Positions 26,677 through 32,000 of a stretch of DNA of 32,000 bases are shown here, piece after piece. The translations under genes and the position numbers were made by a program. Source of the DNA: Kineococcus radiotolerans SRS30216 = ATCC BAA-149. Lineage in GTDB: Bacteria; Actinomycetota; Actinomycetes; Actinomycetales; Kineococcaceae. Position 1 is the first letter of the stretch. Each line of letters opens with the position of its first letter. The stretch covers positions 4,680,001-4,712,000 of the forward strand of contig NC_009664.2 of NCBI RefSeq assembly GCF_000017305.1, read 5' to 3'. The notes below the pieces were generated by a model. The model worked only from the letters and a program-made list of their open reading frames with translations. It made no database searches and was not told the origin of the DNA.

Positions 26677-27540
26677 ATGGCGGACTTCCCCTGGTCACGT
26701 GCGTCGGTCGTCCATGCCCTGGGCGAGCGGGTCCTCACCGAGGGGGCGGTGACCAGAGGATTCACCGGCATCGACGTCCGGCCGGCGCTAACAGGAGAGC
26801 TCCTGCACCTCGACGCCGTCCACGAGCACGTGGTCGTCGTCCTGCGGTGGCAGCAGGACCCCGGCATCTACGCCATCGCTATCCCCCTGCTCCCTGCGGG
26901 AGCCTATGGCGACGCGGGGCTGCCGCCGGGTATGAGCACTGGACTGCCCGTCACCTCGTTGCCGGAGTGGGTCGAGGAGGTGGCCTTGTGGCTGATGGAG
27001 GAGTTCGATACCGGACTGGTGCGCCGCGCGACCCGCATCCAGGTTGGTGACCTCATCTTCCTCACCGCCGACGGCGGGGCCGCTGACGTCGCACCTGAGG
27101 GGTACTACGTCAGCACTCTCCACCTCGGGCCTGGCGGCGGGAGAGGTGAGCACCTCGCCGACGTCGGCCTCGACGTCAGCACCGCCCGGCGCATCCTGAG
27201 CAGTGGACGCCTGCTCACCTGGCTCCACGCCTACGTCGACAACGGCCGCGGTGAGCCCTTCATCGGTCATGCCGTCGTAGCCCGTGCACCCGCTGACCCG
27301 GGCGGCAACGGGACGCAACCAGCGCGGCTGGAGGTCTTGGAGATCGTCCCCGGTACCCCGGGCACGGTCGCTGCCGCGTTGGTCTACCATGCCGTCCGCG
27401 ATGCCATCGAGAGCGGCGCGGAGACCGTCTCCAGCACTCTCGACGATCCCGCCTTGGAGAAGGTCGGCTTCCGCCGTCACGGGAGCGGGTACCTGTCGTT
27501 GTCGTGGCGTGACGTTCAGATCCCTGACCTTCGCCGCTGA
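26677..27540 (+). CDS. Hypothetical protein with GNAT-like C-terminal segment (cassette 6)
   Basis: ATG 26677 (MADFPWSR) is the first start downstream of the repeat. The C-terminal RLEVLEIVPGTPGTVAAALVYHAVRDAIESGAETVSSTLDDPALEKVGFRRHG resembles the acetyl-CoA-binding end of GNAT acetyltransferases. This similarity was judged by eye only. Confidence 0.55.
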   Translation: MADFPWSRASVVHALGERVLTEGAVTRGFTGIDVRPALTGELLHLDAVHEHVVVVLRWQQDPGIYAIAIPLLPAGAYGDAGLPPGMSTGLPVTSLPEWVEEVALWLMEEFDTGLVRRATRIQVGDLIFLTADGGAADVAPEGYYVSTLHLGPGGGRGEHLADVGLDVSTARRILSSGRLLTWLHAYVDNGRGEPFIGHAVVARAPADPGGNGTQPARLEVLEIVPGTPGTVAAALVYHAVRDAIESGAETVSSTLDDPALEKVGFRRHGSGYLSLSWRDVQIPDLRR

Positions 27541-27615
27541 CCTGTGCTGCAGCGGTGCTTGAGTTCGCTCATCGGTAGACCTTGGCCTCGCCGATCGCTG
27601 ACGTCCGCCCGGATC

Positions 27616-27629
27616 GCGGGATATCCGTG
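27616..27629 (+). repeat. Array repeat copy 7 (variant): GCGGGATATCCGTG
   Basis: Two mismatches (GA to AT) create the palindrome GGATATCC. It is preceded by cGGATC as in copy 2. Confidence 0.8.
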
Positions 27630-27708
27630 GGGTCACCCAGCCGGCTCATCATGGCCCGACGATGAAGAAGTTCGCGTGGCAGTCCAGGATCATGAGGGGG
27701 CGATCTGG

Positions 27709-28008
27709 ATGCTGTGGCTGGTGCCGGCGGCGCTCTTTTCGGGCCTCTCCGGCTGGATGCAGGCTCGGCCCGCTCCAGAGCGCGCCTCGTGGGAGAGGGA
27801 CCCAAGCCAGCGCGGCTGGCCCAGAGTCTTCGACGTCGCAGCGTTGGTGTTCATCGCCATGGCCGGGGTCGCATCGTCTGATTCGACGCTGCCCTTCTGG
27901 GCTCGGCTGGCGATCATCCTGGTGGTCGCGGTTGTGCCGTATCAGGTGGTCACCACGGTCGTGAGGCGCAGAGGTGACAAGTCGCCGCGCAAGACGGCGG
28001 GTCGGTGA
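27709..28008 (+). CDS. Small three-TM membrane protein (cassette 7)
   Basis: ATG 27709 lies 8 nt after GAGGGGG. Hydrophobic helices are MLWLVPAALFSGLSGWM, VFDVAALVFIAMAGV and ARLAIILVVAVVPYQVV. The track ORF start at 27544 precedes the repeat and is unlikely. Confidence 0.5.
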   Translation: MLWLVPAALFSGLSGWMQARPAPERASWERDPSQRGWPRVFDVAALVFIAMAGVASSDSTLPFWARLAIILVVAVVPYQVVTTVVRRRGDKSPRKTAGR

Positions 28009-28020
28009 GACCGGGCGCTG

Positions 28021-28560
28021 TCAGCGGCGGTGGGCTGGTCTGCCGTGGTAGGGGTCCAGGACGTGGGTGTGGGTGGTGAGCCAGTCCATCTGCTCGTCCC
28101 ACTACCATCGGCGCTGCGGCACGGGTGGCGGCTGGTGCGCGTCGCCCCAGATGTAGGCGTGCACGCCGTGGAAGCCGCAGCGATCACTGATGGCTTCGGC
28201 AGCCGACGGTTGGCCGAGTGAGGCCGCGGCGTCGAAGAGCAGGTCGTCCATCGCCACCAGAGCGCCCCGGACGGCGCCGTTCCATACGGTGTGAGGGCGA
28301 GTCAGCGCCCGCCGGCACCGTTTCGCGTCGATGGACAGCCGGGTAGGCCCTACCGGTGCTTGCAGCAGGCCCCGCTGGTGGTTGCCTCGCAGCAACGTCT
28401 GGCTGCTGTGGGCGGCGAGCAGGTGCCCATCGGCGACGCACAGGGGGTCGGAGCCGGGGAAGCCGGCGAGGGCAGGTCCTGCGTTCAGCCGCAGGAAGTG
28501 CAGGGGAACCAGGTGGCCGGGTAGACGCACGTGGATGAGCTGCAGCTGCGGGTCATCCAT
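28021..28560 (-). pseudogene. Degenerate metallophosphoesterase-like gene interrupted by in-frame TAG at 28102-28104
   Basis: The order LIHVRLPGH ... ADGHLL ... LRGNHQ ... THTH loosely follows the DxH / GDxxDR / GNHE / GHTH motifs. The same frame continues for 26 codons past the amber codon to TGA 28021-28023, and that stretch carries the THTH block. Confidence 0.4.
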
Positions 28561-28661
28561 GGGGCCAGTCTGCCCGCTCTACGTGCTGGATGGCGTGCAC
28601 CGATCATCCGGCCTTCGACAGAAAGGTGAGATCGCCGGCCGCTAGCGACAGCGCGCACAAC

Positions 28662-28675
28662 GGGGGATGACCGCG
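28662..28675 (+). repeat. Array repeat copy 8 (variant): GGGGGATGACCGCG
   Basis: One mismatch in the 12-mer, preceded by GCGCGCACAAC. It is followed by the perfect palindrome GCGACGTCGC. Confidence 0.85.
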
Positions 28676-28693
28676 ACGTCGCAGGTGCGACTA

Positions 28694-29257
28694 CTATTCG
28701 TGGCCGCTGCCGTGGGCGAGGAGGGCACCGTCGGCTGCCACCGCACGCCAGCTGCTGTCCTTCACTGCCCACTCGCTGGCCTCGTCCAGGAGGGCGGGGG
28801 TCCACCAGATCCCGCCCGTGGCGGGGGCGTAGTGCTCGATTCCGTCGGGTGTGCGCACGAGGACGACGGCGACGTCGGCGCGGGCGTAGCCGAAGAAGTG
28901 GCTGACCCCTCCGCCCGGTGCACCGGAGACTTCCGGATGACGCCAGGTGGCGGCTACGTCGTCGGCGGGTGCGGTAATCGTGCTGGTGAAGTAGCCGTGG
29001 CTGGCGCGGGTGCGCTGACTGGCGGTGAAGTACGTCGTCGCTGCGTTCGATGCGCGCACACCCAAGGCATCGGCGTAGGAGGTGCGGGCGGCGTAGACCG
29101 CGCGCAGGCCGTTCGGTACGGGCGTGGGTACCGCGCGGGGTGCATCAGGTACCGGTCCTTTGCGCAGGTAGAGGTTGGCGGCAGCCTTGAAGCAGCCGAT
29201 GACGGACTGCTCGGACACCGTCGCTAGGTCCAGCAGTCGGGGTGTCCTGAAGTCCAT
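28694..29257 (-). CDS. Hypothetical protein (cassette 8, reverse orientation)
   Basis: The 187-aa ORF has normal composition. The overlapping + strand ORF 28667..29227 is Gly-rich shadow that starts at the ATG inside the repeat. Confidence 0.6.
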   Translation of the reverse strand: MDFRTPRLLDLATVSEQSVIGCFKAAANLYLRKGPVPDAPRAVPTPVPNGLRAVYAARTSYADALGVRASNAATTYFTASQRTRASHGYFTSTITAPADDVAATWRHPEVSGAPGGGVSHFFGYARADVAVVLVRTPDGIEHYAPATGGIWWTPALLDEASEWAVKDSSWRAVAADGALLAHGSGHE

Positions 29258-29263
29258 AGTGCG

Positions 29264-29269
29264 ACTCTA
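29264..29269 (-). promoter_or_regulatory. Candidate -10 hexamer TAGAGT for leaderless transcript of 29257 gene
   Basis: The minus strand reads TAGAGT-cgcact-ATG, i.e. TANNNT plus a 6-nt spacer. Confidence 0.45.
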
Positions 29270-29396
29270 GGACGGCACAACCGGGACCTCTTAGATCACT
29301 CGCTCTTCGGCAAGACCGCGACGTCGCCGACTGTCCATGATCACGTCCTGAGCGTGGGGCGAGCGGGAGATCGTCGTCGCGTGTCAGCATCGGCTC

Positions 29397-29822
29397 ATGC
29401 CGTGGAGTCCGCCATCGTTCGAGGCCCCCGTGCACGATCCGCGCATCGAGCGGTTCCGGGACCGCGCCGCCCGCATCCGCCACCGCGATGGTCGTGTGGG
29501 GACCGTGTACTTCGCGGTCAGCATCGAACAGGCCAGGCCGGAGGGTCATCTGTGGTGGCGGCGGTGGTCCGCGCCGTTCTCCCTGGTCGATGGTTACGTG
29601 TGGGGCGATGCGGAGGTCACATCGACGCTCGATCCCTCCGGTCGGTACGGGCCGGAGTACCGGGTGAGCTATCAAGCCTGGGGTGAGGATCTCGAACGGC
29701 TGCTGGACGAGGCTGACCGGGGCGTTTTCACCTGGTTGGAGGAGGTGTGGCAGTTGGAGTGGTTGGGTGATGAGGAGATGGCGCGCTTCCGTGAGGAGCG
29801 CAGGGACGAGCTCGACGAGTGA
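29397..29822 (+). CDS. Hypothetical acidic/Trp-rich protein (cassette 8, second gene)
   Basis: The 141-aa ORF is divergent from 28694..29257. No family recognised. Confidence 0.6.
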   Translation: MPWSPPSFEAPVHDPRIERFRDRAARIRHRDGRVGTVYFAVSIEQARPEGHLWWRRWSAPFSLVDGYVWGDAEVTSTLDPSGRYGPEYRVSYQAWGEDLERLLDEADRGVFTWLEEVWQLEWLGDEEMARFREERRDELDE

Positions 29823-29918
29823 GCTGAGCCCGAGAGACTCGTCGCCCTGCCCGCAAGAGGCACCTTTGACATGGAGTGACGCCAAGACCGTGAGGTCGCC
29901 GCGGGCAGCGCCCGTATC

Positions 29919-29932
29919 GCGGGATGAGCGGG
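29919..29932 (+). repeat. Array repeat copy 9 (variant): GCGGGATGAGCGGG
   Basis: One mismatch in the 12-mer (C to G), followed by CGTTC. ATGAGC can pair with GCTC(G)AT at 29946-29952. Confidence 0.8.
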
Positions 29933-30020
29933 CGTTCGAGTTCATGCTCGATGCGGGGTGTAACGCTGGTGACATGAGTAGGTAGAGCGACCTGCGGGAG
30001 GGCGCTGGATGGGGTGAGGA

Positions 30021-30833
30021 ATGAACCAGGACGACAGCTTCCAGCTGAGGGATCTGCTGGAGCAGGCCGGTGGCGCCGGGCTTTCGCAGGGTGAGGCCGA
30101 GACCGTCTTCGCGCAGGCGTGGGCCCGGATCGAGGAGGGCATCGCTCGAGAGCCGGGCGACACGGCCGAGAAGTCGGCTTCTGCCCGGCGACTGGACGTC
30201 CTGGCGCTGCAGCCGCAGCGTCGCCGCAGGAGGGCGCGGGCCATCGTCATCACGTCGGCGGTCCTGCTGGCCGGCGCGAGCAGCGCAGCGGCCGCGGAGT
30301 ACATCGCCGCCCGCACCGGGCAGCACCTGAACGGCTGGGAGCTGGGCGCCGCGGGTCCGGGTGAGGTCCTCGACCAGGGCGGCAGCGACTACCGCCAGGT
30401 CCTGGAGGACTCCGTTGCCGGCATCCCCTTCGCCCCCGGCTACGAGGCCCAGCGCGCTGACACCCTGACCCAGGGCATGCTCCAGGCAGAAGCGGGCTCT
30501 CAGCTCACTGAGGGCGCGGCACGAGCGCAGTTTGCCCGCAACGCCTTGTGTACCTGGGCCGACGCCTGGGTCGTGGCCCAGGCCGCCGGGAACACCACCG
30601 CACAGGCGCAGGCTGTCGCGACGCTGGCCGCGGCCCACGACTGGCCCGACGTCCAGGCCCTCGACGAGTACGGCCCCGCCACGAGCTTCGCGTGGCTCGC
30701 ACCGCTGGAGAGCGCCGCCCGGGCGGGTGACCGCCAAGGCGTGCTGGACGCCGTCACCGACAGCAGCCGCTGCCGCCCCGACCTGGCTCCGGCCATCGCC
30801 GCCGACCCCGCCTTCCAAGGCTTCAGCAGGTGA
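30021..30833 (+). CDS. Single-pass membrane protein, possible anti-sigma factor
   Basis: ATG 30021 follows GGTGAGGA. A basic stretch RRRRRAR is followed by the TM helix AIVITSAVLLAGASSAAAA and then a ~170-aa extracytoplasmic part. Its stop overlaps the sigma gene start (GTGA). No zinc-binding anti-sigma HxxxCxxC motif is present. Confidence 0.6.
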   Translation: MNQDDSFQLRDLLEQAGGAGLSQGEAETVFAQAWARIEEGIAREPGDTAEKSASARRLDVLALQPQRRRRRARAIVITSAVLLAGASSAAAAEYIAARTGQHLNGWELGAAGPGEVLDQGGSDYRQVLEDSVAGIPFAPGYEAQRADTLTQGMLQAEAGSQLTEGAARAQFARNALCTWADAWVVAQAAGNTTAQAQAVATLAAAHDWPDVQALDEYGPATSFAWLAPLESAARAGDRQGVLDAVTDSSRCRPDLAPAIAADPAFQGFSR

Positions 30834-31375
30834 GCTCCGTGCAGTCCGCCGCCACCGGTGAGGAGCTGGCGGCTTTCGAGCAGGTCTACCGCGACACCCG
30901 CCAGGCGCTGCTGGCCTACCTGCACCGCCGCGCCCCCGCCGACGCCGCCGATCTGCTCGCCGAGGTCTACCTCGTGGCATGGCGGCGCCGTGACGTCCTC
31001 CCGGCCGGTGAGCAGCAGCGCCTGTGGCTGTACGGCATCGCCCGCCGCCTCCTGGCCGAGCACCACCGCACCCGGGCAGATCACGCTTCTCTCGACACCG
31101 TGGGTGAAGCCGTCTTAACCCCCTGGCGGGAGGGCCGCGACGGCGAGACGCCGAGGGCCGCGGCAGTGCGGCAGGTGCTGGCGGAGCTAAACGACACCGA
31201 CCGCGAACTGCTGACCCTGACCACCTGGGAGCACCTCAGCACCACCGACGCCGCCCACGTCGTTGGCATCACCGCCGGGTCGGCGCGTGTGCGCCTGCAC
31301 CGCGCCCGCCGCAAGCTCCGTGAGCATCCGAGCCTGCGCACCCTGCTCGACGAACCCTCACCCCATCTCGCCTGA
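30830..31375 (+). CDS. ECF-type RNA polymerase sigma-70 family factor
   Basis: Region 2 is DLLAEVYLVAWRRRDVLP...WLYGIARRLLAEHHR. Region 4 is LNDTDRELLTLTTWEHLSTTDAAHVVGITAGSARVRLHRARRKL. Confidence 0.9.
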   Translation: MSSVQSAATGEELAAFEQVYRDTRQALLAYLHRRAPADAADLLAEVYLVAWRRRDVLPAGEQQRLWLYGIARRLLAEHHRTRADHASLDTVGEAVLTPWREGRDGETPRAAAVRQVLAELNDTDRELLTLTTWEHLSTTDAAHVVGITAGSARVRLHRARRKLREHPSLRTLLDEPSPHLA

Positions 31376-31456
31376 GCTCCGACGTCTACGCCGTGCACCA
31401 GTACGCGCTCCTCGCCAGAAGCGTGAAGTTGCCGGCCGCCGACGACCGTCCGCACC

Positions 31457-31470
31457 GCGGGATAACCGCG
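31457..31470 (+). repeat. Array repeat copy 10 (variant): GCGGGATAACCGCG
   Basis: One mismatch in the 12-mer (G to A). GCGCAG pairs with CTGCGC just downstream. Confidence 0.8.
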
Positions 31471-31515
31471 CAGTCGAGCAAGCTGCGCCAGGGGCGTGGT
31501 GGCAGGCTTGGTGAC

Positions 31516-31809
31516 ATGGCACCCCTCGTCGAGACCAACGACGTCGTTGAGGCGTTGGAGTTGTACGACGGTGACGTGATCAAGCACCCCGTCACTGGGG
31601 CGGTCATGACGATTACCGCCCACATGCACCTGAACCCCCACTACCTCGACCTCATCCCGGGCATCGTCCGGTTCGACGTCTACAGCGGTCTCAACGTGGA
31701 GGGCCCGCTGGAGTGGGAGGGGCCCGAGGAGCAGTTGGTCATCGGTCCTGGCATGCGCATCCGCCGGCTGTACCAGTACACGCTGCCGCCGGGAACCCGC
31801 ATCAAGTGA
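31516..31809 (+). CDS. Hypothetical small protein (cassette 10)
   Basis: ATG 31516 (MAPLVETNDVV) is the first start after the repeat. The 97-aa product has normal composition. The track start at 31393 precedes the repeat. Confidence 0.55.
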   Translation: MAPLVETNDVVEALELYDGDVIKHPVTGAVMTITAHMHLNPHYLDLIPGIVRFDVYSGLNVEGPLEWEGPEEQLVIGPGMRIRRLYQYTLPPGTRIK

Positions 31810-31923
31810 CGCCTCACGTGGTGCAGGACCGGATGATCACACGACAGCGTCCGCTCGTGAACTGCGCCCGTCCGCTCGTCGGCGGCAGGTGCGGACGTCA
31901 CCGGATGTCCATGATCGTGCACC

Positions 31924-31937
31924 GCGGGATGACCGTG
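31924..31937 (+). repeat. Array repeat copy 11: GCGGGATGACCGTG
   Basis: Exact core flanked by GTGCAC on both sides (a possible 6-bp stem). Confidence 0.9.
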
Positions 31938-31952
31938 CACTTCGCGCGCACC

Positions 31953-31966
31953 GCGGGATGACCGTG
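31953..31966 (+). repeat. Array repeat copy 12: GCGGGATGACCGTG
   Basis: Exact core within GCGCGCACCGCGGGATGACCGTGCGTTC. It lies 29 nt after copy 11 with no ORF between them. Confidence 0.9.
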
Positions 31967-32000
31967 CGTTCTGATTGAGGTGTCACAGAGAAGCGCCCGC

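Noticed and set aside
28667-29227. 186-aa + strand ORF starting at the ATG inside repeat copy 8
   Set aside because: It is Gly-rich shadow of the minus-strand gene 28694..29257. Its start codon is just the conserved ATG of the repeat.
29145-30980. 611-aa ORF on the minus strand
   Set aside because: It is Arg/Gly/Pro-rich shadow antisense to the well-formed genes 29397..29822 and 30021..30833 and to part of the sigma gene.
22482-31966. CRISPR array interpretation of the repeats
   Set aside because: Repeat spacing is 29-1620 nt, the intervals contain full ORFs, the conserved core is only about 14-30 nt, and no cas genes are seen.
22482-31966. Canonical integron attC sites
   Set aside because: I could not find the R''/L''-L'/R' inverted-repeat architecture or a terminal GTTRRRY (the nearest is GCGTTCC), and no intI-like gene lies in the window. 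Only the cassette-like organisation is analogous.
22482-31966. Reading the repeat as an ECF, SigB/SigF-type (GGGTAT) or sigma-28-type (GCCGATAA) promoter element
   Set aside because: There is no conserved partner element at the required 14-19 nt spacing on either side, and the sequence downstream of the core is not conserved between copies.
22487-31974. Short upstream ORFs starting at the ATG in the repeat (MTVKS.., MTVRS.., MTARS.., MTVHF..)
   Set aside because: Conservation extends equally upstream of the ATG. Two copies lose the ATG (GATATCC, GATAACC), and the peptides have lengths from 6 to 24 codons with unrelated tails. The conservation is therefore at nucleotide level.
1-32000. rRNA, tRNA, transposase or integrase genes
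   Set aside because: I saw no cloverleaf-like conserved tRNA arms, no rRNA-like low-bias long non-coding stretch, and no ORF with transposase or recombinase motifs. A covariance-model scan would be needed to exclude small RNAs.

Overview
High-GC, Actinomycetota-like chromosomal window in two parts. Nt 1-22438 is ordinary regulatory and redox DNA: two MFS pumps, two F420-type NADP oxidoreductase paralogues and an aldo/keto reductase. It also holds a ZnF-UBP / cNMP-domain histidine kinase / receiver-TrxR-like operon, a cupin, a GFA protein and an NTF2(SnoaL)-NmrA-oxidoreductase operon. Two paralogous MalT/LAL-type regulators (P-loop NTPase + helical repeats + LuxR HTH) complete it. From nt 22482 to the right edge the character changes. 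Twelve same-strand copies of a GCGGGATGACCG-centred repeat (8 exact 12-mers, none seen in the first 22.4 kb) cut 9.5 kb into about eleven cassettes. Ten cassettes hold one or two unrelated orphan ORFs on either strand, including an ECF sigma / membrane protein pair and a stop-interrupted phosphoesterase-like gene; one is an empty 29-nt unit. The repeat contains the MalT-box core GGATGA, and the array begins 44 nt after a LAL gene. This array is the main candidate for an undescribed system (cassette array and/or LAL-controlled accessory regulon). A second, unrelated 15-nt CACGTG-core motif occurs four times in the left part. I saw no rRNA, tRNA, CRISPR array or transposase. All calls rest on reading the sequence and ORF track by eye; no database search was possible.
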